Source: a virus (lineage: Duplodnaviria; Caudoviricetes). From it: DNA of 64,000 nt. Position 1 is the stretch's first letter. The number at the start of each line of letters is the position of its first letter. Location of the stretch: positions 96,001 to 160,000 of IMG/VR virus record IMGVR_UViG_3300020576_005251. One strand, 5' to 3'. The translations under genes and the position numbers were made by a program. The notes under the pieces are model-generated. The model worked only from the letters and a program-made list of their open reading frames with translations, was not told where the DNA came from and did no database searches. Below, piece after piece: positions 9,789 to 18,870 of this stretch.

Positions 9789-9856
9789 CACACCCTCCAG
9801 ACGTAGACGACGACGAGGACGATCACGATCAGCATGACGATTCCATCGATGGGCAT
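9785..9856 (-). CDS. 23-aa single-TM microprotein (MPIDGIVMLIVIVLVVVYVWRVW)
   Basis: GGAGG RBS, downstream of promoter motif, stop overlaps next GTG; absent from ORF track. Confidence 0.55.
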   Translation of the reverse strand: MPIDGIVMLIVIVLVVVYVWRVW

Positions 9857-9872
9857 AGGTAGCCTCCACAGG

Positions 9873-9886
9873 CTTATACCAGAGAG
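9873..9886 (-). promoter_or_regulatory. phage promoter-like motif
   Basis: CTCTGGTATAAG on minus strand; member of repeated motif family. Confidence 0.55.
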
Positions 9887-10012
9887 TTGCGCCAGTTACG
9901 GGCGCCAGCGGGGGCGAGTGCCCCACGCCCAGACGAGATAGCCGCCGACGGTCACGAGACAGATCAGGTCAAAGTAGATCACAGGGCCTCCTTGGGGTTA
10001 CACTTGACTATC

Positions 10013-11119
10013 GTGCACGAGATCTACCGCAGGATCAATACGCCGTACGCCCCGCTCCGCAAGGAGGCGTCGGGCATCCTGGGCGGTCTCGCTCACGGGC
10101 TCGGGATGGGGGTGGCAGGACACGCCGGGACGAACTTCCTCGGGATGAAGGCCCACCACCACTCGAACATCGGGGAGGTGCTCGCCCACCGGGGCTTTCA
10201 GCACGGGTTGCTGGAGCAGCGGATCTCCCCGGTGATGGAGCAGTCGATCAAGTCGGTGTTCGGCCCTGAGTCGCTGATCAACTACCACGCGGCGGTCGAG
10301 GCCGGGAAGCACTTCGTGACGAAGGCCCCGAACCCCGACCAACGTCGCAACGCGCTCCTCCTGGCGACTCAGCACGCGCTGCCTCACGACATGCCCGTGC
10401 TCTCGCAACTCCAGAGCGCGATGAACCACGAGCTGCAAGGGACCGCCCCTACGCTCAACGCGAAGGGGCTGAGCGCGTCGGTCTACGGGAAGATCCTCGA
10501 CAGCCTCACGAACAACCCGGTCACGGGGATGGAGACGAAGGCGCAGGCGGCGTGGAAGCACCTGAAGGGGGCGGGGCCTGCGGCGGCGATGGTCGGGGCC
10601 GACGTGGGGATGAGTGGCGTGCCATTGGGTGCCTTGGCACACTTCGGATGGAATGGGATGCGACAGGGGGCAGCGGCGACGGACATCGGTCAGCGGATCG
10701 CCGCCGACCAGATCGCGAAGGGCCTGAGCGGGGGAGTGCCCAAGTCCACGACGAAGTGGGACATCGGACTGAGCCCCGCCTACCTGGACGGGCAGCGGTT
10801 CGGCGGCGCATTGCGTAGGGCGATCCCTCAAGTGGGGTTGAAGAAGACACCCGAGGCACTCGCGTCGCGCTTGAGTACACCTGTGGGTAGTCGTACCGTT
10901 ACACGGGAGCCGGGCCGGGCCCTGGAGACTGCACACGACGTGCACAAGATCACACACAATCGTGGCGTCTTGGGGCAGTCGGATCCCGGGGCCAATCCAC
11001 GTCTACAAGAGCTGATCGTGAACAAGATGCGTCAGGCGGAGCCCGCGAAGTACAAGCTGGAACCTCTGATGGATCGCATCGTGCCTCGGTGGCGCCCACA
11101 AGTAAGGACGACAACATGA
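10013..11119 (+). CDS. Gly/Ala-rich putative virion internal protein
   Basis: N-terminal RKEAS then GxxxG segments; GTG start 10013 chosen. Confidence 0.6.
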   Translation: MHEIYRRINTPYAPLRKEASGILGGLAHGLGMGVAGHAGTNFLGMKAHHHSNIGEVLAHRGFQHGLLEQRISPVMEQSIKSVFGPESLINYHAAVEAGKHFVTKAPNPDQRRNALLLATQHALPHDMPVLSQLQSAMNHELQGTAPTLNAKGLSASVYGKILDSLTNNPVTGMETKAQAAWKHLKGAGPAAAMVGADVGMSGVPLGALAHFGWNGMRQGAAATDIGQRIAADQIAKGLSGGVPKSTTKWDIGLSPAYLDGQRFGGALRRAIPQVGLKKTPEALASRLSTPVGSRTVTREPGRALETAHDVHKITHNRGVLGQSDPGANPRLQELIVNKMRQAEPAKYKLEPLMDRIVPRWRPQVRTTT

Positions 11120-12123
11120 AGACTCTCTACAACGATATTCTCACGAAAACTGCCGCCGCCGCGTGGCAACGCGCGTTGCGAGCAGGTACGATCGGTGCTG
11201 CGGAGATTCAGCGGTTGGCGCCTCACGCTTCGCCATCGAATCTGGCAGGTGTTCGCAGTCACCTCCAAACTCCGGGCGCGGAGCTGTCAGGCGCGGCGCT
11301 CAATCGGTACCAACACGGCGCCGAAGCGCGTTCGAAGCTAAAGGTGCTCGCGACACCGTCGGGAATGTTGAAGAACCACCCGACGCTTGGGCCGGGAGTC
11401 ATCCCCTCGATGGAGGGGGGTCAGATCGGTGTGAGCACTCAAGTCGGTACGACGCTGCGCCTGATGAGTGGGCGTGGCGCAACGAAGGCGGTGGCCCAAG
11501 GCGCGATGGTGAGCGGTAAAGAGATTCCCCAGAGTCTCTACTCCCGACTTGCCGAGCCGGGCGATCGTAGCCTCTTTTCAAGCACTGCGGCGCACGAACT
11601 GGCGGAGCGTCAAGGTATGAGCGCGATGGGGCACGGCACACTCAATGCGAATCCTGTGGCCAGCCACATCAGCGTAGCTCCGCTACTCGCGGAGAGAATC
11701 GGACAGCGTGACAGTGAGGCACTCCGCGTATTCGATCAGCTCCGCGCCACGACCGGGAAGGACGATCCGCGAGTTCGCAAGAAGCTCCGGGAGATGGGGA
11801 TGGTAGCCAACTACACGCCGCCGCTGGGAGGGCGTACGCATCGAAGTATGGAGGCGTACACCGCCGGTATGCCCATCGAAGACGCCGCGCTGAACAGGTA
11901 CCGGATGGGCGGGCGAATCACGCCGACCCGCGAGGGCGCACAGACCGCTGCCCGCTGGGGTAACCGCTACGACCGAGTCAAGAAGTATCTACCGGAACAA
12001 ACGGTGAAGAACCTCGATGAGCTTCGGAGCGACTACCACGAGGTCTTGAACAGGCCGCTTGCGTTCAATAAGCAGGATCCTACACAGGTGCGCGCCCTGA
12101 CGGCAACCTATACGTCCGTCTGA
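11116..12123 (+). CDS. putative virion internal protein
   Basis: AAGGA RBS, ATGA overlap, N-terminal TKTAA. Confidence 0.6.
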   Translation: MKTLYNDILTKTAAAAWQRALRAGTIGAAEIQRLAPHASPSNLAGVRSHLQTPGAELSGAALNRYQHGAEARSKLKVLATPSGMLKNHPTLGPGVIPSMEGGQIGVSTQVGTTLRLMSGRGATKAVAQGAMVSGKEIPQSLYSRLAEPGDRSLFSSTAAHELAERQGMSAMGHGTLNANPVASHISVAPLLAERIGQRDSEALRVFDQLRATTGKDDPRVRKKLREMGMVANYTPPLGGRTHRSMEAYTAGMPIEDAALNRYRMGGRITPTREGAQTAARWGNRYDRVKKYLPEQTVKNLDELRSDYHEVLNRPLAFNKQDPTQVRALTATYTSV

Positions 12124-12639
12124 TCAAACCGGCTCCCTGACATCCCCCCACGACAGCCCCGCGTAGACCAGCTTGAACGCCGTCGTCACTCCGATGGCCT
12201 CTTCGAAGATGGAGATGCGCCGGAGATGGTCCCCGATGCCGTAGGTAAAGAGGCAACGCTCAATGAAGAGGGCTGCACGGCCGAAGTCGTAGCGACGGAC
12301 GGTTGACAGCTTCTCCCACCGGCTTGGGCTCCAGCCCGCGTATACGACGTACGCGTAAGCCACCCGCGCCATCGACTGAAGGATGCGGTTGTGCCGCCTG
12401 TCCGTGTGGAAGCGCGCGACCTGTTCCGGCGAGAGCTTCTTGATGAACTCCTCGTACCTCGCGGGATCCCGGCAGACCCACACAGCCTCAGGGCCGTACA
12501 GCGCCTCCAGCGGAGCTGTTCGAAGTTCACTCCCACTGAACCCGGGCGCGTAGCGGGAGGGCTCTGCGCGGAAGAACTCAGTGGCCTCTACGAGGTACGT
12601 GTCGACATCGTCGACATCATCGTCTATGTTGTCACGCAT
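12124..12639 (-). CDS. hypothetical protein
   Basis: 171 aa ATG ORF. Confidence 0.55.
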   Translation of the reverse strand: MRDNIDDDVDDVDTYLVEATEFFRAEPSRYAPGFSGSELRTAPLEALYGPEAVWVCRDPARYEEFIKKLSPEQVARFHTDRRHNRILQSMARVAYAYVVYAGWSPSRWEKLSTVRRYDFGRAALFIERCLFTYGIGDHLRRISIFEEAIGVTTAFKLVYAGLSWGDVREPV

Positions 12640-12663
12640 ACGAACAGACTAGCGCCTTTGGGG

Positions 12664-12712
12664 GCAAAAGAAAAGGCGACGCCCGACTCACCTCTCGCGA
12701 GGTGAGTCGGGC
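12664..12712 (-). terminator. intrinsic terminator
   Basis: GCCCGACTCACCTC / GAGGTGAGTCGGGC 14-bp stem followed by T-rich tract on minus strand. Confidence 0.7.
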
Positions 12713-12718
12713 AGGAGA

Positions 12719-13042
12719 TCAGTTCTCGAATACGATGTCGTCTCCGACCACTTCCTGCGCCTGGGCGGCGGCGAGCGCTTCTGCCCGCCACCTCACCCAC
12801 GCCTTGATCTCGGGGATCACGAGGGCCTGAGTCATGCCGCCCCAGCACGTGGCTGCATGGGCGCGGCGGGCGCGCGAGAAGGCCGTCATCGCAGGCGGCA
12901 GGGCCGCGCTGATGATGGTGGGGACGAGCACGAACGCGGACTCCACCACGACTTGCGCGGCAATCTCCGCGTTCTGATCCGAGGCGCCGAGGCGGGTGGC
13001 GAGGCCGTGGACGGTGGACAGTGCAGAGTGGATGATCTTCAT
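12719..13042 (-). CDS. hypothetical membrane-associated protein
   Basis: AGGAG RBS; flanked by its own promoter motif and terminator. Confidence 0.6.
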   Translation of the reverse strand: MKIIHSALSTVHGLATRLGASDQNAEIAAQVVVESAFVLVPTIISAALPPAMTAFSRARRAHAATCWGGMTQALVIPEIKAWVRWRAEALAAAQAQEVVGDDIVFEN

Positions 13043-13086
13043 GGACGTTCTCCTGGTACCTGTAGGGCACACTGCTCCTACACCTC

Positions 13087-13100
13087 CTTATACCAGAAAA
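13087..13100 (-). promoter_or_regulatory. phage promoter-like motif
   Basis: TTTTCTGGTATAAG on minus strand, consensus copy. Confidence 0.6.
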
Positions 13101-13111
13101 CACCCCCTGTT

Positions 13112-13483
13112 TCAGGGCGCCCGGAAGTGGATCTTGAGGTCCTTGATTCCGAGGGCGCGAAGGGTCCCGTTGAGGTCTCCCATGAGATCGTCGTTGATCT
13201 TCGCCATCACACTGGGCGTGAAGTGGTCTGCGACGTACTCCATCTCCAGGACCCAGCCAGGGAGATCCGGAGCCGCCGCGTTCCGTTTCACGGGCGCGAT
13301 CACGAAGTCGTACTGCGTCAGCGGGTGCTCGCGACAGGTTGCGGGCGCGTGCTTGGCGTAGGTGCCGAGGGCCTTCTCCCAAAGGCCCAGTCGGAAGCGG
13401 CTCAGGAGAAAGTCAGAGTCGCAGAAGACGCGAAACGTGCGGTAGCCCAGCACATAGCGAACGCGGATGTCAGAACGGTCCAT
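13112..13483 (-). CDS. hypothetical protein
   Basis: GGAGG RBS; promoter motif at 13500-13512. Confidence 0.6.
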   Translation of the reverse strand: MDRSDIRVRYVLGYRTFRVFCDSDFLLSRFRLGLWEKALGTYAKHAPATCREHPLTQYDFVIAPVKRNAAAPDLPGWVLEMEYVADHFTPSVMAKINDDLMGDLNGTLRALGIKDLKIHFRAP

Positions 13484-13524
13484 AGAACACCTCCACGTAC
13501 TTATACCCGGGGAGGTGCTCCCTT

Positions 13525-14067
13525 TCAGACCGTGATCCGCCTCTCATCCGGCCCGAACTCCCCCGCCTTCTCGAAGATCAGCACCCAGTCCAGGCCCGGT
13601 TCCAGCCACACGGGGGCCTTCCAGCGGCCCGTGGCGTCGGTCAATACGGCGTACTCCGACACGTCCCGACGCCCACGGTCCCACTCCGAGGCCCGAAAGA
13701 GCCGGATGATGGCGTCGGGGATCCCCTGGTTGGAGGGGGTCACGTAGCGCAGGTTGTCAGGGTCTTCGAAGTTGTGGTCCACCCGGGTGCGCGAGGCGAG
13801 CCCTGCGGCGACAGCGGCGGACGGCTGGAAGGGGCCGCTGTCGCCGTAGAGCTCCCCGTTGGGGCCGAGGGCGCGTACGCGGTACACGGTGGTGTCGGTG
13901 CCCTGAGGGTCCTCGATGGAGAAGCGACGGAAGGGCGCCTCCCAGTAGGGCCCGGGGACCTGATGGGCGATGGAGGTCAGGAAGCGCTCGGGGGTCTCGA
14001 CGAGGTGGACCTCGTAGCGCGTGGGGGTGTAGACCTCGGGCGGGGTCCAGTAGATGCGTTGGGCCAT
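13525..14067 (-). CDS. Ig/carboxypeptidase-regulatory-like beta-domain protein, probably structural
   Basis: YRVRALG segment and GIPDAIIRLF...TDATGRW...LEPG pattern. Confidence 0.55.
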   Translation of the reverse strand: MAQRIYWTPPEVYTPTRYEVHLVETPERFLTSIAHQVPGPYWEAPFRRFSIEDPQGTDTTVYRVRALGPNGELYGDSGPFQPSAAVAAGLASRTRVDHNFEDPDNLRYVTPSNQGIPDAIIRLFRASEWDRGRRDVSEYAVLTDATGRWKAPVWLEPGLDWVLIFEKAGEFGPDERRITV

Positions 14068-14138
14068 GAGAGAAGGGTACGCTTGCCAAAGAAAAGGGGA
14101 CAGGGTATATTGCCTGAGACGGCTTGGTCGCGGTCGGG

Positions 14139-14171
14139 CGAAGGGCGTAGGAGTTTCTCCTACGCCCTTCG
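14139..14171 (-). terminator. stem-loop terminator
   Basis: CGAAGGGCGTAGGAG-ttt-CTCCTACGCCCTTCG perfect 15-bp stem just after a stop codon. Confidence 0.65.
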
Positions 14172-14182
14172 TCTTTGGTGGG

Positions 14183-14464
14183 TCAGGGCCGCTTCAACTC
14201 CTTGTAGTACTTGGTGCTCAGGTCGACGTATCTCTTCCAGGCGCTGTACATGCGCCTGGGATTGCGGTCCATCTCAGCCAGCTCGTGCGCGACCGGATTG
14301 AATCCGCCGAGAACCAGCGCGTGTTCTCGGATGAGGGACTCCAGGTGATCCGACTTGCTGACCCCCGGCTTTCGTTTCCAGCCCCACCCTCGGCGGAGTT
14401 CCTCAGCCGTGGTACGGGCCCATCCATCGACCTGCTTCCACATGTACTTCCGATAGGGCGTCAT
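14183..14464 (-). CDS. hypothetical protein
   Basis: ATGA-coupled ORF. Confidence 0.5.
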   Translation of the reverse strand: MTPYRKYMWKQVDGWARTTAEELRRGWGWKRKPGVSKSDHLESLIREHALVLGGFNPVAHELAEMDRNPRRMYSAWKRYVDLSTKYYKELKRP

Positions 14465-14787
14465 CCGACAGGTTCCTTCGGAATGATCTGGAGGTACGAC
14501 GGCATGGCGTGCAGGGCTCTCCACGCGTCATAACACCTGCGTACGGCTTCCTCCTTGCTCATCCACGTCCGGGTGTCTTCGCCGTGCCAGATGAGAACGT
14601 GGCCGGTCTCCACCTGGAGGATGCGGACGGTGTCCAGCGAGATCTCGTGAGGCACCTCGTTTTCGGGGAAGCGCATCATGTGCACGCCTCCCTTCTCGAA
14701 GCGGATCGTGGGGAGGAGGGCGGTCTGCTCCTTGAGAAAACGCTCCGCTGCGGCGGCTTGGGCCAGATAGGTGTTGCTGATCTTCAC
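14461..14787 (-). CDS. hypothetical protein
   Basis: GGAGG RBS, GTGA overlap. Confidence 0.5.
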   Translation of the reverse strand: MKISNTYLAQAAAAERFLKEQTALLPTIRFEKGGVHMMRFPENEVPHEISLDTVRILQVETGHVLIWHGEDTRTWMSKEEAVRRCYDAWRALHAMPSYLQIIPKEPVG

Positions 14788-15125
14788 GTCGTAGCCTCCT
14801 TCTCGAACAGCACCATGTAGAGATAGCCACCCGACGCCCGGGGGTTGTATCGCATCACCCACTTCGAATACGCCGTAAGGCTCACTTCGTACTCGCAGTC
14901 GGCACGCGGGTCCAGATCGCTCCCGGAGTCCCGCAGGTCCTTCTTCACCTCGGAGATGAAGCGCTTGATGACCTTCTTCGGCACGTCAGCGCCGAGGCGG
15001 CTCTGTCGATCCGGCAGGAACTCCAGCGGCAATCGTCGATTGCCGTAGTTGAGGATCGCCCGCGCCGCCCAGGCGCGCTTGGTGCCTTCGGGAGGGCGGA
15101 GGCCGTACCACTCGTCGGTGGTCAT
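14784..15125 (-). CDS. hypothetical protein
   Basis: ATGA overlap; RAWAARAI...YNPRASGGYLYM. Confidence 0.55.
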   Translation of the reverse strand: MTTDEWYGLRPPEGTKRAWAARAILNYGNRRLPLEFLPDRQSRLGADVPKKVIKRFISEVKKDLRDSGSDLDPRADCEYEVSLTAYSKWVMRYNPRASGGYLYMVLFEKEATT

Positions 15126-15358
15126 GCCTTCACCCGCATCTTCGGCGGCACGAGCTCCGGCAGCGGGTCGAGTCTTCGCAGGGTCGTGGCGAGGTTCTCG
15201 CAGTTGAAGGCGCGACTGTCGTCTTCGAGGCACCAGGGGGTGTCGGGCGAGTTGGTGTTGTCGTTGTCGATGATCTCAGACACGGCGTGCAGGGGCGCGT
15301 GGTCCCGCGTCAGCTCGTAGAGGAACGCGACCAGGGGGTCATTCGTGATGCGACTCAT
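15122..15358 (-). CDS. hypothetical protein
   Basis: MSRITNDPLVAFLYELTRD; coupled. Confidence 0.5.
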   Translation of the reverse strand: MSRITNDPLVAFLYELTRDHAPLHAVSEIIDNDNTNSPDTPWCLEDDSRAFNCENLATTLRRLDPLPELVPPKMRVKA

Positions 15359-15716
15359 TCTCTTTCTCCAGTGTCTTGATGGCGTTGTCGAGGAGCGCGA
15401 GCACGTCCTCGATGGTGGATTGGTCGTTGAAGGCCGGGATGTTGTCGTAGCCGCGCGCGGCGTCGGGCTCGGGGATGAACTGCTCCAGTGTAACTTCCGC
15501 ATGCCGACGCCGCCCTGGACGCGCCTGCCCCTGGTCTGCGAGAGCTCTCCACACCGCACCGATCAGGCAGAAACTACACGCTTCCGGGCTCGGGGGCGGG
15601 CAGGGGCGTCGGGAAGCGTCCCTCGCGAACGCGCCCTGACTCCACCCCTGCGTCGTCAGAATCTCTCGGGCTGCGCGGAACGTCTCGATCCACTGGGACT
15701 TGGACAGCTCACTCAC
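15339..15716 (-). CDS. family A (DUF6197-like) protein
   Basis: GWSQGAFARD...SFCLIGA...FND...DVLALLD. Confidence 0.75.
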   Translation of the reverse strand: MSELSKSQWIETFRAAREILTTQGWSQGAFARDASRRPCPPPSPEACSFCLIGAVWRALADQGQARPGRRRHAEVTLEQFIPEPDAARGYDNIPAFNDQSTIEDVLALLDNAIKTLEKENESHHE

Positions 15717-16495
15717 TTCGCCACCGATTCGATGGCCTTGTCGAGGACGGCCAGCACGTCCGACAGCTTCGTGTTGGGGCGGTCGTTGAACGCGGCGGCA
15801 GGGGCGAGGTCGTCGTCCGCGTCCGGACCCTCCCCATCCCCCTCTTCCTCTCCGACCGCAGGGATGTGTGGCGCCAGGATCGGATCCACCAGATCGCGCC
15901 AGCTGTCGGGGCAGCGGGAGCGCTCGTGCATCTCGCGCGCGATCGCGCCCAGCATGCAGAAACAAGCCGCACTAGCATTGTCCGGGCTGACTTTTCGCCC
16001 GCTCGAATCTCGTGCGAGGCTTCCCTTGCACCACCCGTCTTCCAGGCGACTCTTCGCCGCGCCCAGGATGTTGACCCACTCCGTCTCGCTGATGTCAATG
16101 GCCATGCGTGACTCCTTCAGTTTGTCTGTTGCGTGCATGATCGCGTACTTGATCGCCACACGCCCAGCGCGCGCGTCGACGTAGGCGTGTATGAAACGCC
16201 ATAGATCCTCGGGCGTGAGGTTGTCGACTACCCCACGATCATTGACGGACTGTAGTTCGAGGCAGTCCGCTGGAGAGAAGCCCATGGACGCCAACCACTC
16301 GCCCACCAAGGGCTGCGTGTGGTTGCGTCTGGCGTAGTCGTACTGCCAGGACTTCTCGCGGTCGATGGTGGGGTCGAAGGTGCCGAAGACACAGCCACAC
16401 TGCATGTTGTGATTCCAGGCCATGTGTGTGAGGAGGCGACGACGTGGCGCCGGGGTCGCATCCATCAGCTTGAGGAGGTTCTCCCAGGGGTTCAT
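15713..16495 (-). CDS. family B + family A (DUF6197-like) two-domain fusion
   Basis: N-half CGCVFG...W...G...VND; C-half GWCKG.ARD..CFCMLGA..FND; internal AAGGAG-ATG at 16105. Confidence 0.7.
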   Translation of the reverse strand: MNPWENLLKLMDATPAPRRRLLTHMAWNHNMQCGCVFGTFDPTIDREKSWQYDYARRNHTQPLVGEWLASMGFSPADCLELQSVNDRGVVDNLTPEDLWRFIHAYVDARAGRVAIKYAIMHATDKLKESRMAIDISETEWVNILGAAKSRLEDGWCKGSLARDSSGRKVSPDNASAACFCMLGAIAREMHERSRCPDSWRDLVDPILAPHIPAVGEEEGDGEGPDADDDLAPAAAFNDRPNTKLSDVLAVLDKAIESVAK

Positions 16496-16914
16496 TCGTA
16501 CACCCATAGAAACTTGGTGTCTGTGTATGGCTCGCCATCTGGTGTGCGGAGCGTCACGCCGGTCAGGTCGTAGCCGAAAGGCGGACCGTCGATGCTTACC
16601 TCACGGCCATCAGAACGTTGGAGCCTGTAGATGGTGCGCAGATCCGCGCAACTAGCGTCATGCTCCAACATCCCGCTGAGGGTGTCTGCGTCCGTGTACA
16701 CCGCGACAACGCGTGGAACATTCAGGTCCTTGTCCCGCCAGATCCTACCTACCGAGTTCTTGATTGCTGCTGCGCCAGTGCCTGCCATCTCGCAGGGATA
16801 GCTCAGCCCACGACTCGTTGTCAGTGTTCTTGAAGGCGGGCTCTTGCGCTCGATCTCGAAGTGCGTCTCGTCGCCGTCGGCGTGGACGAACTTCACTTGG
16901 ATCTTGTCACTCAC
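16492..16914 (-). CDS. hypothetical protein
   Basis: Coupled ORF. Confidence 0.5.
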   Translation of the reverse strand: MSDKIQVKFVHADGDETHFEIERKSPPSRTLTTSRGLSYPCEMAGTGAAAIKNSVGRIWRDKDLNVPRVVAVYTDADTLSGMLEHDASCADLRTIYRLQRSDGREVSIDGPPFGYDLTGVTLRTPDGEPYTDTKFLWVYE

Positions 16915-17452
16915 TCTTGATCTCCTTCGCAGCTTGGCGAATCACCTGCGGCGCATCGAAGAGCCACTTCGACTCACCTTGCGGGAGGGTGTCCAGTTCA
17001 TCTCGAATCGCATTGAGCTGCTTGGCGTCTTCGGCCGTCAGCTCCTCCCTCGCGAGAAGTTCGTCCCGCTGCTTCTGAAGTTCGAGCACGCGTGGCGATC
17101 GGTAGCCGAGGCGAACGATCGCGGCGAGCTTGGGGTAGCTGAGGTCACCAGCTAACTTGTGGGACATGCCGACAGCGCGGCTGACGGCCAGGACGTTCGG
17201 GTCGTAGCCGAACCGCCAGGGGGTGGTGATGCTCAGGTACACGAGGCCGTACGCCGTACGACGCCCTTCGCAGTAGAGCAGAGAAAGCGCCTGTCGGGCT
17301 TTGGCGTGGAAGCGCGCCCAGAAGACATCGTCGTAGATGCGGGAGTGGGCCACGTGGCCTCGGAGAACCTGGGAAGGCACGTGACTTGAGATCGAGAGGG
17401 CCGACGCGTTGAGATAGCGAAGGCCGAACAGGCGTTGACTCATGAAACTCAT
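16907..17452 (-). CDS. hypothetical protein
   Basis: GGAGG-like RBS, coupled ORF. Confidence 0.55.
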   Translation of the reverse strand: MSFMSQRLFGLRYLNASALSISSHVPSQVLRGHVAHSRIYDDVFWARFHAKARQALSLLYCEGRRTAYGLVYLSITTPWRFGYDPNVLAVSRAVGMSHKLAGDLSYPKLAAIVRLGYRSPRVLELQKQRDELLAREELTAEDAKQLNAIRDELDTLPQGESKWLFDAPQVIRQAAKEIKSE

Positions 17453-17797
17453 CAGATCTCTTCCTTCTCCAGCACCCTCATCGCCTCATCGAAGAGCGCC
17501 AGGACCTCTTCTTTGGTGCGGAAGGGGCCATCGTTGTAGGTCGCGATGGCGGGGACCACGCCGAGCTGCTCTGCGGCCTTCTCAAGGGCCCACCACAAGG
17601 TGGCCTGCATCCAGATAGAGTCATGTGCGTCCAGGCTGACCTTCGTCACGGCCCCGAGCGCACAGAACTTGGTCGCGCTGTCGTCGCTGACGCGGCAGGG
17701 CTCGTTGAAATGATCGCGTGCGTAGGCCCTCTGCGTCCATCCTTTCTCGATGTAGGTGCGGGCGCGAGCGAGGCTTGTTTGTGCGGGGGGTGGTCAC
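17452..17797 (-). pseudogene. family A (DUF6197-like) gene frameshifted at a G6/C6 run
   Basis: GTG start 17797 is out of frame with LARARTYIEKGWTQRAYARD..FCALGA..YND; removing one base of the run at 17785-17790 restores it. Confidence 0.65.
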
Positions 17798-18141
17798 TTG
17801 GGTTCCTCTTTCTCTGCGATCAGGATCGCCTCATCAAACAGCGACAGGATCTCCTCCTTGGTGCGGTTCCACTTGTCGTTGTATTCGCTCACGCTCGGGT
17901 ACGCCTTGCCTGTCCGGACATCCAGCGCTGAGCGCAGGTGAGTCTGAGCCTCGATCGCACGCTTGGGCGCTGCGCCACTCTCCCACGCTGCGCGATTCAA
18001 CGCACCCACTGCACAGAACTGCGTAGCACCTCCATAGGTGGCGCTGACCGGATACCCCTTGGCCTCGCGTGCGAAACAGCCCTGGGTCCAGCCTTGTTCG
18101 ATGAACGCCTTGGCGGCGCGGAGAACGTCACGAGTTACCAT
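17794..18141 (-). CDS. family A (DUF6197-like) protein
   Basis: GWTQGCFARE..FCAVGA..YNDKWNRTKEE. Confidence 0.8.
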   Translation of the reverse strand: MVTRDVLRAAKAFIEQGWTQGCFAREAKGYPVSATYGGATQFCAVGALNRAAWESGAAPKRAIEAQTHLRSALDVRTGKAYPSVSEYNDKWNRTKEEILSLFDEAILIAEKEEPK

Positions 18142-18442
18142 TGGTCTTCCTCTTTTCAGTGATGGAGTCGTATTGGTCCTTGGTGAGCATTGCGACCCAC
18201 GTACCGAAGTCTTGCCAGTAGCTGGGTGTGACGCCGTATTCGTTCACGACGCCCCTGTCGCGGGCCAGTCCCATGTGCCGTTGCGCTGCCTTCGAGGCCG
18301 TCGATACCGACTGTGCACGTGTGTGAACCCAGCCGAGGCGCGACTTACCGGGGGCCTTGAAGCACACAGAGTAACCCCACCCTACTGGAGCCGACTGCAT
18401 CAGACAGAAGGAGTCGGTAGCACGGGCCATGCGGATGATCAT
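18128..18442 (-). CDS. hypothetical protein
   Basis: Fills the gap between family A genes; start uncertain. Confidence 0.45.
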   Translation of the reverse strand: MIIRMARATDSFCLMQSAPVGWGYSVCFKAPGKSRLGWVHTRAQSVSTASKAAQRHMGLARDRGVVNEYGVTPSYWQDFGTWVAMLTKDQYDSITEKRKTNGNS

Positions 18443-18473
18443 CGGGTCTGCGCCCTCTTCAACCTCTCGGCCC

Positions 18474-18782
18474 TTACTCCACACGGGCAATGGCCTTGTC
18501 GAAGAGAGCCAGGACCTCCTCCTGGGTGCGGGAAGGGTGGTCGTTGTATGCGCTGACAGTCCATTGATGATCACGACCCTGGAGCACAGAGCAAAGCACC
18601 GAGAGATGTGCCGGAAAGTAGTGACCACACACGGAGACGAGCGCGCCCATAGCACAGAACTTAGTTGCGTCAGGGTATTCGGCTAAGATCGGTTGCCCCT
18701 GGGCATCCCGTGCGTTTGTGCCTTGACACCACCCCGTCTCGACCTTCGCCCTCGCCGTAATGAGATCTTCTTTGACTGTCAT
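18474..18782 (-). CDS. family A (DUF6197-like) protein
   Basis: GWCQGTNARD..FCAMGA..YNDHPSRTQEE; GGAGG RBS. Confidence 0.8.
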   Translation of the reverse strand: MTVKEDLITARAKVETGWCQGTNARDAQGQPILAEYPDATKFCAMGALVSVCGHYFPAHLSVLCSVLQGRDHQWTVSAYNDHPSRTQEEVLALFDKAIARVE

Positions 18783-18794
18783 CTTACCTCCCTA

Positions 18795-18851
18795 CCAAAA
18801 GAGTGTGAACCAATACGGCGTACGGCGCGCTCGAACGCGCCGTACGCCGTC
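18795..18851 (-). terminator. terminator hairpin containing TACGSCGTA
   Basis: ACGGCGTACGGCGCG / CGCGCCGTACGCCGT stem then T tract on minus strand. Confidence 0.6.
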
Positions 18852-18870
18852 CGTACTTGTACCAGGAAGC

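Noticed and set aside
17794-17797. Genome-wide TGA recoding
   Set aside because: TGA is the usual stop in many ATGA/GTGA overlaps; the single in-frame case is better explained by a homopolymer indel.
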